From Podarcis pityusensis (Eukaryota), in NCBI GenBank assembly GCA_964106645.2, contig OZ067039.1: 64,000 nucleotides of DNA; one strand, written 5' to 3'. Under the pieces are notes generated by a model, which was given only the letters and a program-made list of their open reading frames with translations, did not search any database and was not told where the DNA came from. Positions within the stretch are counted from its first letter, which is position 1. The number at the start of each line of letters is the position of its first letter. The position numbers were made by a program, and so were the translations under genes. Below are positions 13,216 through 25,189 of the stretch, one piece after another.

Positions 13216-13885
13216 CTGTAAATAGAAGGAAAAAGGAAGGAGTTAACTTTCTCAGCTGGAGTTAGAGCTAACCAAATTCAGACCAATGGTTTATCTAGTC
13301 TTACAACTGGTCTGTCTTGCTATCTGCTCCCTTTAGAGGAGACAATGGAGATGCTATGCAAGCAAACACTCCCAATCCCACAGCAACATCTCTCAAACAT
13401 ATCTTCATGTTTCAGGGAAGACTGTGATTTCCCATTTGAAATGCTCCTGAATGTCTGTATACTTGTGCCAAGAGCAGGAACGCTCCCTGTCGCTGCCCTG
13501 ATACAGTTCTATGCCTTGTATGTTCTAAGGGCAGCCAACAAGGAAGTTGAGCTAGTACTTTCCCCAAATCTCTCTGGAGAGGCTAAGCCTGGGGGCAGGA
13601 GAGTTCTGAAGCTTTACTCCTCAGCTGATGAGAACAACTGCACTGTACATGCCCACTTCAGGTCCAGCCCCAGCCTTTTTAAAAGGAGGGAGAGACAGTG
13701 GTAAGGTATATTGAAGTTTATGTCATAACAGCAGCTGGGCCAAACTGCACTGCATACAAGTTTATTACACGAGGCAGAGGTAAGAGATTCTGCAGAGAAA
13801 GATGAAACTACTACAGTACCAACAAGTGAGGATATTCTTCCAAACTGTGAAGGATATGATATAACACTATACTGGCTAATATATC

Positions 13886-14232
13886 GTGTGCCTCCTCCTC
13901 AAGAGGTCTGGAGAAGGAGGCAACACGAGAACGGGCCTTTTCTGTAGTGGCTCCCCGTCTGTGGAACGCTCTCCCCAGGGAAGTTTGCCTGGCGCCTTCA
14001 TTATACACCTTTAGGCCCCAGGCAAAAACATTCATTTTTAACCAGGCCTTGGGTTGACCTGATCAACACCCCATACCCTTTTAAAATGTGGCTCTTTGGG
14101 GGGGGGGTATTAACGGGTTATTGCTTTTATTTAAATTTTATATGCTGTGATCTTTTTACTACTTTTTCACTCAGAGACCTCCTGGTATAGGGCAGTATAC
14201 AAATTCAATTAATAATAATAATAATAAATAAA
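13886..14232 (+). mobile_element. L2 LINE 3' end
   Basis: Encodes RAFSVVAPRLWNALP, with an (AAT)n tail. Confidence 0.8.
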
Positions 14233-14595
14233 GGCAGCTTTTGTTATTTGTTTCTTTAGAGGTCCAGGAATCTGTATGGCTTACACATTGATTGCTGAGT
14301 GCTCCCCTCCCTATGCCCTATATAACTTCCAGTTCTCAAGCCAGTCATTTTTGTACACCTATGGCTGCTCACCTCCACTCTCCACAAGTCCACTACCTTG
14401 TATTTCAGATAGAGTTTGTTTTTGAACACCCAAACCAAACACCAGTTGTATGGCTACAACAGGGTTTTCAACCAGAGCTTGGCCTCCTTTTTTTGTCTTG
14501 TTCAAACGTCATCTGTACTGTGAATCCACTCTCCCCACCCTCCCCATACTGGGATAGTGCAACTGATCTAACTTACAATTGTTGTGAGAATTATA

Positions 14596-14923
14596 GGGAT
14601 GTGGGTGGCGCTGTGGTCTAAACCACAGAGCCTAGGGCTTGCCAATCAGAAGGTCGGCGGTTCGAATCCCCACGACGGAGTGAACTCCTGTTGTTCGGTC
14701 GCTGCTCCTGCCAGGCTAGCAGTTCAAAAGCACGAAGTGCAAGTAGATAAATAGGTACCACTCCGGCGGGAAGGTAAACGGCGTTTCCGTGTGCTGCTCT
14801 GGTTCGCCAGAAGCGACCCGGAAGCTGTATGCCGGCTCCCTCAGCCAGTAAAGCGAGATGAGCACCACAACCCCAGAGTCATCCATGACTGGACCTAATG
14901 GTCAGGGGCACCTTCACCTTTAC
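14596..14923 (+). mobile_element. Sauria SINE in CHMP6 intron 7
   Basis: GGGATGTGGGTGGCGCTGTGG head, B-box, ACCTTTAC tail. Confidence 0.9.
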
Positions 14924-15190
14924 GGCACATGAAGGTCTTTGGACTTTTTAAAGCACTCTACAAATGTCAAGTGTTGGGCTGTAGCATGATTACATACAGT
15001 AAAGCTTTGGTGGAGTCTGACATAGTCAGTGCTCTAGAGCTGCTTTAAGAGCGCTCTGCGGAGTTGGTGCTTGCATAGTACCTGCCAAGCTTATTCTTAA
15101 ATCTCCCATGTGCCACGTGGTTCATGCAGGCACAACCAAAAGCACAAGCCTGCACAACTGAGGGAAAGAAAACAAGACAGACAACGCTAC

Positions 15191-15245
15191 CTGGAATCTT
15201 TTCTGGGAGAGGCTCTGATGGAACCTCTGGAAGATCTATCTGTTC
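15191..15245 (-). CDS. CHMP6: CHMP6 exon 7 (MIM2 VPS4-binding motif)
   Basis: CAG/GTAGCG, 55 nt, EQIDLPEVPSEPLPEKIP. Confidence 0.96.
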
Positions 15246-15499
15246 CTGCAAGAAAAGAAGTCACACTGTGAAACAAATGTTCTGGGGATAACAAGCAACT
15301 CTAAACCAGAACTTCCAAGCGCATAGGAAGGAGTGCAGCTCCCTGTACCACCTCAGAAGCTGAGAATTTGGCTGGGCTCTAGAGCTTTGGTTCTGGGTTA
15401 CTAACAAGATTCTAGCAGCACTTTTGCTTCCTTGGCGAGTTACCCTGATTCATCATGTTGGGTGGCAGCTATTGGTCTGGGAATATAACTGTGTCAATC

Positions 15500-16965
15500 T
15501 ATTCATTCATTTACTTAATGGATTTATATCCCATTTTGAGTAAGTCCTCCACAACACGACTTATATCATGTTTACAATATGGAATCAACATTAACCGTGG
15601 AATCAATGTCAGCAACAGGACCACAATCCAAACTCCAATAAGCAGCTGCTCTCTATGAGTCACATTAAAAGCTTTGGAAAAGATAAAGGTCTTTAAGCCC
15701 TCTTTAAAGGATACAAGATATGGGGTCTGTCTGATCTCCAAGGAATCAAATTCCATAACTGCAGGGCCACCATTGTGCCTTAGTCTGAGCACCTGCCAGC
15801 TTGATTGCTTTCACTGGCAGACACTGAAGCAGGCTATCTGACAAAGATCTCAAGATATGGGCAGGGCAGTATGGGTGTAGGTGGTCTTTTAAGTAATCCC
15901 GTTCCAGACAGCTCAGGGCTTTAAAGGTAATAACCAGAACTCTGAATTGGGTCTGCAAAAGCTTTGGCAGCCAGTGCAACTGTTACAAAACCATTTACCA
16001 TATTTTTTGCAACATAAAACTCACTTTTTTCCTCCTAGAAAGTAAGGGGAAATGTCTGTGCGTGTTATAGAGCGAATGCCTACGGATGGCGGGGGGATCT
16101 GCTGCAGTCGTGAGCAGAGGATCCATGGTTCCCCTTCCTTCCCTCCTCCGTGGCTCGCTTTGAAACAGCAAAGCGGGAGAAGAGCCACTAAGTGGGGAGG
16201 AGAGAGGGACAGAGAGCCTGCTTCTTTAAAGGAGCAAAGCGGGAGAGGAGAGGAGCCTGTCCGGTTGGTTCCTTTAAAGCAAGCAGGCTCTCTGTCCCTC
16301 TCTCCTCCCCACTCAGCTCGCTACATAGCAGCAAAGTTTTTCAGCTCGCTAAGCTGGGGATGAGCGGGGAGGAGGGAGAAAAGCAGAGCCTGCTTGCTTT
16401 AAAGGAGCAAAGTGGGAGAGGAGAGGAGCCTTCTCCCCTTATACCCCTCTTCTGCATTATTAGCAGCATCCTTCTCCACACACCCCACGCGTGCTCCTTG
16501 TCCCTTGAGTGCTTTTCCTTCCCTCCCCACTTAAAACGTGGTTACAAAGCACGGATCCACATGGATCCTCAGGATTTTTGCACTGGGTCACCCCAAATTC
16601 ACCATCAGATCACATTACATGTCCATGGCTACAGCCTGCACCAAAAAAATCACGCACCCACTGTTGCCTGGGGCTACAGTGGTGCAAAAACGTGGTTACA
16701 AAGCATGGATCCACATGGATCCTCAGGATTTTTGCACTGGGCTACTCCAAACTCACCGTCAGATCACATGTCTATGGCCACACCATGAACCACAAAAATC
16801 ATACATCCACTGTTTCGTTTACAATATTTTTTTTCTTGTTTTCCTCCTCTAAAAACTATGTGCGTGTTATGGTCGGGTGCGTGTTATAGAGCGAAAAATA
16901 CGGTATATTCTGATTGTCTGGCACCCACCAGTAATCAGGCAACCACATTTTGTGCTTGCTGCAGT
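15500..16965 (-). mobile_element. L2 LINE 3' fragment interrupted by 15998-16903
   Basis: HWLP...QFRVLVITFKAL...YLKDHL motif, resumes after the MITE. Confidence 0.7.
15998..16903. mobile_element. pogo/Tigger-type non-autonomous element, long form, inserted in L2
   Basis: Both ~80-bp ends match 6798-7054 in reverse orientation, TA TSDs. Confidence 0.85.
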
Positions 16966-17959
16966 TTATAATATGCTCATCTGTGCACTCTGATAAGCAA
17001 TGGAATTTTGTGGAAAGCATCAAAAGACTAATATTTTGAATGCTTTACAATCACCACCAGATCGGTGGTGGAGTTGGATATTAGGCAGCAGGGGTCCCAC
17101 AATTTTTGGCTTTGGCGGTCAACCCCAAAATTAGGACCACCAGGACCCTGCCACTCTCCTAGCATCAGACCTTGCTACATGAGGTCAGGGACAATTATTT
17201 ATCCACTTTTCCATTTCCAAGCTTTCGTAGTTTTGGGGCTGTATTTCTTACATGACATCTGAATTAGAGGAGGTTGTGCACTGGTGCTTGGATGCAGTGG
17301 TGGGGTGGATGAGGGAAAATAAACTGAGCTTGAACTCTGGCAGCACAGAGACACTGGTTCCCGTGTGCAAGAAACTGATCAATTGCCTGCCCTGGATGGG
17401 TTTGTTGTCACATCGGGCAGATGGCCCAACCATTCGCATAAACTGACATTTATTGCGTGAACGTAGTCTAATGGCTCAAAGTGAAGTTCCATCCCTTCTA
17501 AGAAGGGAGCCATAGCGGCAGGCCAGAATCTCCACCGCAGATTGCATCCACGGAAGTAGCTGGGGACACATGAATCTTCAGACACTAGCGTGGAAGAATC
17601 TTTCATTTGAAGGCGAAGAAAACAAAGGGTAAACCAAGGAAACATGTTGTAAAAGTTATTCAATACTGGCAGAATCCAGCATTCGCGATAGTCAATGAAC
17701 TTAAGCCCATACATTTCAATAGGTCAGCTCTGAGTACGACTTGGTTGGGTATCACCCTCTTTGTTTTTAAGCTTCTTTGGGAAGATTGGGCTGACCTCTT
17801 CAAGGCTTCAGAAGACATAAATGCAAGGCAGCTATAATAAGGACCCCTTATTACCTGCCAGGTATATGGGATGGATAATCCCCTCGCGTGAGATGAAAAA
17901 TGTCCACTGCAAAATGTAGCCCAACAATGAATTACCAGTGTTGCTGATTAAACACTCAC

Positions 17960-18040
17960 CTGAGTGATGGCATCTAATTCTGCTAAAATGGCATCTTCAT
18001 CTTCTACAGTGAAGCTGCCAGCCAGCATTTCATCTATTTG
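17960..18040 (-). CDS. CHMP6: CHMP6 exon 6
   Basis: CAG/GTGAGT, 81 nt, QIDEMLAGSFTVEDEDAILAELDAITQ. Confidence 0.97.
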
Positions 18041-18484
18041 CTGCAAAGGAAAAGGGCAGAATGCATGGTGAACACCAGAATAGCACCATATCCTTAAGCA
18101 TTGTAAGATGAGAACATCTATGGGTCAGTGTAACATAGGAACATAGACCCAAAGCTACAAAATACTCCGCTGAAACCCAGCCACTTGGCACTCAAGCTAT
18201 ATTCAACTCCCTCCCTCCTTCTATGACAGTCTTCTTGACATGAACAAATGTCATCTCTGACCTGTTTAAGGGGCAATGACGAAGAACAGTTTAGTCTCTA
18301 GGTTTGCAATGCAATATGTTAAAGCAAAATAGGGTCTCCACTCCTCTTCATAAGTAAGTTTGGTGGCACGATGGAAACACTTTCAAGCATCTAAGTGGGT
18401 GGAATTGCTGTCATACAAATATAAGAATGAAGCAGTGCAATGGTTAAAAGGATCTCCATGATGATACACAGGGACAATACATAC

Positions 18485-18550
18485 CCTCTGGTATTCCACA
18501 GCTTCCTGGGTTTCATCCATGATCCTTTCCACTTCTTCTATTGACATAAC
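18485..18550 (-). CDS. CHMP6: CHMP6 exon 5
   Basis: TAG/GTATGT, 66 nt, VMSIEEVERIMDETQEAVEYQR. Confidence 0.97.
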
Positions 18551-18636
18551 CTACAGGAAAAGAAGGCTGGTCAGAAGAGATGTCCCAACCAGTGTCCCAT
18601 ATGAAATAGTCCCAAGGACCCTGGGCTCACACTCAC

Positions 18637-18723
18637 CTGGTGCATCTTATTTAAACACTCATTACCAATTTTGAGGCCCTCAATCACTTTCATCTCAATT
18701 TGTGTGAATTCAATATCCTGGAC
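18637..18723 (-). CDS. CHMP6: CHMP6 exon 4
   Basis: CAG/GTGAGT, 87 nt, VQDIEFTQIEMKVIEGLKIGNECLNKMHQ. Confidence 0.97.
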
Positions 18724-19154
18724 CTGAAGGAAACAGAAGTCAACAGAGGGGGTCAGCGAGTGATGCATTTCATCAATATGTAGTAGGGAGAGTAGACAAC
18801 TGCAGCCACAGTAGACAGTATGCTCTACATTCCACAGGCCACCACAGAGCCAAATGGAAGAGGAACAGACAAAACTGGCTTGCAGAACACTGCAGCACAG
18901 GCCGATATTACAGCTTAAAACATGACATTGCATTCGGAACTCAGCAAAAAACAAAACAAAACCAAAAAAACCTAACCCAAAACAAAACAAAATAACACTT
19001 TAAACATTCATGTTGTAATCCAAGATGTCCAACTAATGCTAAGTACTAAGACAGCTTGAATTAGAAGTTAAGCACAAGTAAACAAAATTTAGCAGTATAC
19101 AGATATGACAGCTGTAAAAGCCCTGAAAACAATGACACTGGGTGCCTCCATTAC

Positions 19155-19242
19155 CATGCGTTCCAGGTTGCTAATTTGGTTTTCTGTCTTGTCCAGCAGT
19201 TGCTCTTGATACCGTTTTTTCTTCAGCAGAAACTTTGCTTTC
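19155..19242 (-). CDS. CHMP6: CHMP6 exon 3
   Basis: AG/GTAATG, 88 nt, phase fits exon 2, KAKFLLKKKRYQEQLLDKTENQISNLERM. Confidence 0.97.
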
Positions 19243-19977
19243 CTAGGAGGAGAAAAAAAGCACCGGCTGCAGAAAACAATCCTTCAAACCAAAGCAATTT
19301 CTGCCTTGCCTTGCTGATCTTGATTTTTTTAAATAATAAAAAAACCATAGATTCCAATATTCTCAGAAGCAAGGAATAAGTTAAAGATAGTCAGATAGGC
19401 TGCCTCAGATCCAGAAGTCCCATTTTTAGTTATTATGACCAGCAATAACTAATGTGTATATTCTCTACTTACTTGACCCTTTAAAATTTTTATTAAAGCT
19501 CGCGGCCATCACAATATTTAATTTTTCAATTATTAATTTTGCAACATGTGAAGTGCTTCCTTCTGTCTGACTGCAGGCTTAGGGCAATCCATTTCATTAG
19601 ATGCCTAAGTCCTGGCATTGTGAGAAAGATTCGTTATTTCTCTGCTGGTTGTGTCACATGAATGAAGCTGCCCATTGTGTGACCGATCATTAAAAGGACT
19701 CCTCTCTCCAGCAGGATGCAATAAAGGAACATTTTAAGAATGCTCAGTAGTACCCGTTTAGAAATTTTAACAAAGCTTATACAGCTTCAAATCACTCTTC
19801 TCACTGGAGTTAGGAGCACAGGAAGTGGCCTTATACAAAGTCAAAACAGTGATCTATCAAACTCAGTACAGTCTATACCAGGAATGGGGAACCTGTGGTC
19901 CTCCAGATGTTGTTGGGGTTATTTCTATCATTCATATACAATAGCCATAGTTTCTTGGACCAATGGATATGCTAGAT

Positions 19978-20113
19978 CAGGCATAGGGAAACTCCAGCCC
20001 TCCAGAAGTTTGGGACTACAATTCCCATCATCCTTGACCACTGGTCCTATTAGCTAGGGATGATGGGAATTGTAGTCCCAGACATCTGGAGGGCTGGCGT
20101 TTGCCTATGCCTG
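19978..20113. mobile_element. hAT-type MITE nested in a related MITE (19879-20173)
   Basis: CAGGCATAGG / CCTATGCCTG TIR, perfect 8-bp TSD TGCTAGAT. Related degenerate copies near 9158-9314, 9381-9519, 22548-22666 and 44166-44277. Confidence 0.85.
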
Positions 20114-20824
20114 TGCTAGATGATGGGAATCAGAGTCCTACAACATTTGGAGGGCCACTGGTTCCCCACCCTGGTCTACTCTGACAGGCAGCAGATTTCC
20201 TTAGAGACAGGATTATTTCCTTGCCCTATCTGGCCATGCCAGAGTTTGAACCTGGGACCTTGTGCAGGCTACTCCACTGAGCTACAGCCTTTCCCTTATG
20301 TGTTATATCAATTCCTGGTACATTTAGTACCAAAGTAGCTCCTAGCCACGCCATGTTTCACTAGAGATGCCAAGGACTGAACCAGGAACCTTATGCATGA
20401 AAATATTCATTTTAGCACTGCGTTATTATGCAGGCTGAGCCAAGGTAGTTAGAACGCTTCACCAGCAACAACAGTATTCAGCTTAAATATTAAACCATGG
20501 CCAGTCAGAGATTTAAGGTTTCTACATGATGCACCTCAATTTCCTCCAGGGATGCACTTGTAAAGAAAGCTTCCCATAGGCAGTTTCTTCAAGTGTGGAA
20601 GTAAATGCTTCACGTGTTGAAATAATGGGAATCATTTAGCCGTTATCAGTGGAATGCAATATGTCAATTCAAGCTTTACCCATACAAGAGAGGCCACAGG
20701 GGCAGTTATGGTTCACAGGGGCAGTTATGGTTCATCTCACTAAGAAGACCTTAACTTTCTGAACCAGCCCATAAACTGAGCACCTCCGTATGGAAAGGGT
20801 GCAAAGTGACTTGGAATGACTTAC

Positions 20825-20934
20825 TCTTTCTTGCCATCTTTTAATAGTTGCCGAGCAAAAGCCCTCTCCCGCTCCAGCTGCAGCGATATCCTTTTCTGAT
20901 ATTGCTTTAGTTTGTCCCGCTGCTGTTTCAGTTG
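20825..20934 (-). CDS. CHMP6: CHMP6 exon 2
   Basis: AG/GTAAGT, 110 nt, QLKQQRDKLKQYQKRISLQLERERAFARQLLKDGKK(E). Confidence 0.97.
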
Positions 20935-21837
20935 CTACAGGAGAAAATAAATTGGCCATTAGAAGGTGCACCAACAAGCCTTGCTAGGATGACCACTGGA
21001 AAAGAGAAACCAAAATCTCCCTTTAAGGCAGACCTGCTTATAAGCCCAGCAGCCTGATCCCTCAAACCTACTTTGTTATTCCCGTTTTTGGCTTGCTGCA
21101 AAAACAGCAGAAGAAGCTTAAAGTTCCACCTTGCAAAGTTAAACACCAACTCACTGCCTTTGGCTCTCGGGTACGAAACATCGTACCTCATGGGAGAGGT
21201 GGGAGAGAGACAATAAAAGTTTTAGAGTGCTTTACCATGTGTTTCCTCCTTCAAGTTGGTCAAATTGCTTTTGCTCTCAGGCCGCAGCATAATAAAACTA
21301 GCAGCATCTATCTGATGATATTCCAGACTTAAAAAACAGTATGTGGAATTCAGATTTGGGGCACAATGTTCAGCTAGTGGAGCATAGGGATGTTGTATTC
21401 CCAGGGCAATAGCTAGTGGAGGGGGGGATGTTCAGCTAGATGTGAAACCTTTGACCCTCCAGATGTTGCTGGACTCCAGCTCTCATCATCCTTGATGATT
21501 GGCCATGCTAATAACTAAAAGGCCATGGATTTCTCACCACTGAGACGCAGACTGGGCATTTATACCTCTTGTTAGTATGCAAACTAAATGAGACTATTAA
21601 GAACTAAATGAAAAAGTTGGCAAGCAGCTGGTTTTAAGTAAGAACTGTATTAAGGCAAAGACTTCAGTAGTTAAGGGACAGACTCACTGCAATGCTTTAC
21701 TGAGTACAGTTCCAATTCCGATGGCTACATCTAGCTTTTGACACCTCTACATTATTAGGGGCACCCTAAATATTAGAATGGATACTGCAGAGTAACCCTG
21801 AGACTCTGAACTTAAATTCAGTGCTGAACGCAAATCT

Positions 21838-22315
21838 TCAAAAACGTGACAAGTGAGTAGCCACAAGGTTCTGTTTTTCGGCTAATGTCGTTCAATGTCT
21901 TTATAAATGTCTTGGTCAAAGGAATTGAGGGGGTACTTATCAAATATGCCGATGACACCAAACTGGGAAGGGTAGCTAATACTGCAGAAGACGGAATCGG
22001 GGTTCAATTGACCTTAACAGATTGGAGAACTGGACCAAAAGTGAATTTTAGTAGGGACAAATGTAAGGTTCTGCACTTAGTCAGGAAGAACCATCTGCAC
22101 AGAGGTTGGGTGGCCATTTGTCAGGTATGATCTAGTTGAGATTCCTGCACTGCAGGGGGTTGGACTAACTGACCCCCCCCCCCAGGCTCCCTTCCAACCT
22201 GTCAACTTTTCCCTTTTCTTGTGAGGAATCCTATTAGGAATAAGGGAATTTCCCTTTAAAAGGGGGAAACGTTGACAGCTATGCTTCCAACTCTACAGTT
22301 CTATGATTCTATGAT
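21838..22315 (+). mobile_element. Degenerate, internally deleted CR1 fragment in CHMP6 intron 1
   Basis: LIKYADDTKLG...DKCKVLHL and TTCTATGATTCTATGA tail. Confidence 0.85.
22199..22283. mobile_element. Small hAT-type MITE inside the CR1 3' UTR
   Basis: 8-bp TSD CTTCCAAC (22191-22198 and 22284-22291), CTGTCAAC / GTTGACAG inverted ends. Confidence 0.75.
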
Positions 22316-23374
22316 AGGGGATCCTGAGTGGAGCTGATCACTGCTGAAAGTGAGACTGGCAATGGATGCCAAGATAGGAAGCATTTTCAAATGTGCTTGG
22401 AGAAAAATGCAGAAAACAAATCCACAGCTGGAATACACCAGATGCAGTGGCGAAATAAAGTGGTGTGATGACAAAGCAGCCAATCCCTAGTATCTCCAGA
22501 TAAGGGCTGTCTGAAATCCTGGAGAGCTGCCACAAGTCTATATACACCAGGGATGGGGAACCTGTGGCTTTCCAGATGTTGCTGGGACTCCATTAGCATG
22601 TTGGATGGTCCAAAATTATGGGAGCTGGAACCCAACATCTGGTGTGCCACAGGTTCCCCATCTCTGGTGCAGTTCAAGGAGTTGGAATGTGACAGGCTGA
22701 ACACAGGCTCTTTGTGTTGAAAACACTGGTCTTTCAGACACTCAGAAAACTCTTCCACACCATAGACATGGTATTCAATCATTTACAGATACCATGGGAG
22801 CACAATCCTAAACATGCTTGTTCATAAGTCACTAACAGTTCAAAGAGATTTAAGAATGCAATCCTACCCCCTTCTCCATGTAGATGAATGGGGGTTGGTG
22901 AGCAGGATGGCACACAAAATCCTCTCCATCAGCAGGAGAAAGCACTGTGGGGGTGGGTGTCTCTAATGTAGTGGAGGCCTCAGCTTTCTCCATACTCCTG
23001 GAGATTGTTTTCCCACTAGCAAAGGGTTCTGAAAACTTTTCAGTAACTGTGTTTAGGATGCAGCTTGCACAACTGCTCTCCTATTTCACAAACTATGGTC
23101 AAGGATAGGGAACACATTGAGTGGCTAAGATATTGACCTAGATATTCCAGCTCTATATAAATGATAATCCAGTGGAATCTCAAGACTTCACCAGACAGAG
23201 CTCCCATCATTCCCAAAGCACTGTGACTTTATACCCTCAGTCTGGGGGCATCTTATTTCAACCTCGAAACTTCTCATTCTACATAGTGTGCTACTATTTT
23301 ATAATAGCCTTCCAAATGAACCCCCCCCCCCCCAAATGACGAGGCTGCATTTCTGTCCTGGCTGCGAAGAAGGG

Positions 23375-23502
23375 AGAAGCATAGTGCTGATAATGACATG
23401 GTTGCAGGTTTGATCTGCGTATATGACAGCTGCATATTCTTGCATTGCAGGGGGGTTGGACTAGATGATCTACAGGGTCCCTTCCAACTCTGATTCTATG
23501 AT
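23375..23502 (+). mobile_element. tRNA-derived SINE with CR1-type 3' tail (degenerate)
   Basis: Related to 49720-49857, ends GGGTTGGACTAGATGA...CCCTTCCAACTCTGATTCTATGA. Confidence 0.65.
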
Positions 23503-24299
23503 ACTCCTCCACAGACAGTAAGGAAATGCAGGCAAATAACCTCTTCAGTAGTGGTTTTTATAACAGACTGGTGGAAGAGAGGCAGCACAACCTGTCCCTC
23601 TCCCAGCAGCTTGGTCATGGGCAAATAGGCTTTCCTTCCTCCACAGCTTGCCTGGGAACTAGGCATGCTGGCAGATGGAGCACTGTAGCCCCTTCTCCAA
23701 CTGCCCGACCCCACGAACTCGCCTGCATGCAATTCCTGGTCACCTATGGCTGTTACTAGGCAAGCTGTTAAATTCAAGGCTGATTTTTTTCTATAGTGCT
23801 TTGCTGCTCTTAATATAAATACTCCGCCTGGGAGCATTTCCACCTGACTGCCAAAGTAATCCGGAACACGACAGCCACCACCACGACTTCCGTTCGTTTG
23901 CTCGGGTTTCTTTCTTTTTCTTTTTAGAGAGAAACAGAAAGTGTAGCCAGTCCGAAAAGAAGCCAAAGTTCCTTTAACTTTCAACAGCTGTGTTAAGAAA
24001 GAGATCTTTGGCTTTCCCACCCCATTTAGGAGAAACAGCACCTGCCAAAAATCACTTTTCTTCCCCACCCAAACAAACTGCCAATAAATAAATAAATACA
24101 GGGGAATTGGGCATGTCACATACGGTGGAAACATGGGTCTACGTGGGATAAATGCGGGTCCGGGCTCTGTCAAGGCACAGGGGCTCCTTTGCAGCACACA
24201 TTTGCTGGCTACCTTGCAGCCTTTTGCACTCAAGTCACAGCAACCTGCTCCTGCTCCTGCAGCCGCCGCCTTCCCTGCCTCCCAGCCCCTTCTTTGCTC

Positions 24300-24620
24300 T
24301 CACCAGCACGGCCTTATCTTGCTCGGTGACCCGGCTCCGCCGCTTGCGCCCGAACAGATTCCCCATCGCCCCGGCCCCGCCCGCGCGGCCCTGGCCTACA
24401 TTGGCCCCACCCCGGCCCCCTCGGCTTCCGTACGGCGGCCGCGGAGGCTCCCGCTTTGCCGGAACGCGAACGCGGAAAGGAGGCGAGGAGCGAAAGTGAC
24501 GGCTTTGGCTCATAGAGCTAAGAAAAAAAGCAGAGGAGCCCGCCGCCGCCGCGTTTCCTTTGTAGGGAGCTTCCGGGTGGTCATACAGACTAGCTCGCGG
24601 AACGCGCCTGAACTTTTTTT
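24300..24620 (-). promoter_or_regulatory. CHMP6: CHMP6 CpG-island promoter / 5' UTR
   Basis: Strongly GC- and CpG-rich block around exon 1, ETS-like CCGGAA/TTCCGG motifs, no obvious TATA. Confidence 0.8.
24304..24366 (-). CDS. CHMP6: CHMP6 (ESCRT-III, Vps20) coding exon 1
   Basis: ATG at 24366, MGNLFGRKRRSRVTEQDKAVL with N-myristoylation-type MG start, donor GTGAG, 63 nt. Confidence 0.97.
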
Positions 24621-24724
24621 TGTATAAGTCTGCATGCCCATGGCTTCCCCCGAGAGAATCCTGGGAGCTGTAGTTTAACGGTGCTGGGAATTGTAGCCTA
24701 CCCAGATGCTTGAGGAAATTTTAA

Positions 24725-24962
24725 TCTGAAAAAATGTTTAGGGTACTCTTATTTTCCTACTCCTATTGAAATACTGCCCCTCAATGAGGCCAAACTTAGA
24801 TTCACCTTACCACAGACTCTCCTTCCTTTTAAAAAAGTCTGGGGCTGAACTTGAAGTGGACATGTACAATGCAGTTGTTCTCATCAGCTGAGGAGTAAAG
24901 CTTTGGTACTCTCCTGCCCCCAGGCTTAGTGTACCCCTGTGTCCCCCCAGAAAAAAGCACTG
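24725..24962. mobile_element. hAT-like MITE remnant carrying a foreign 126-bp insert
   Basis: Right end CCCCCCAGAAAAAAGCACTG is TIR-like, left end is damaged. Confidence 0.55.
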
Positions 24963-25189
24963 TGTGTATGGCACTGTTTTATGTTTTGTAAACCACTTTG
25001 AGAGGTTTTTTTATTTTAAAAAAAATCAAGTGGTGTATAAATTTTATTAAATAAAATAAACTTCTGCATACCACCAAACTCTCGCTCTGGATTTGAAGGG
25101 TGCTGACTGACAGGATAATTAAAGGGACTGACATTTACTACAACCGGAAGGGTGTTTTATTGCTTGGGGTGTGGGGCATGAGCCCCGGC

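Noticed and set aside
16052-16889. ORFs of 103-198 aa with repeated HMDP motifs
   Set aside because: Produced by internal duplications of a non-autonomous DNA transposon, with no transposase motifs
20695-20734. 19-bp tandem duplication CACAGGGGCAGTTATGGTT
   Set aside because: Ordinary slippage-type duplication in an intron
23496-24233. 245-aa minus-strand ORF
   Set aside because: Lies in CHMP6 intron 1, starts at a TTG rather than ATG, has no recognisable domain and ends in a SINE tail
24133-24627. Overlapping ORFs of 92-164 aa around CHMP6 exon 1
   Set aside because: Stop-codon scarcity in a GC-rich CpG island. Only the 63-nt exon is supported
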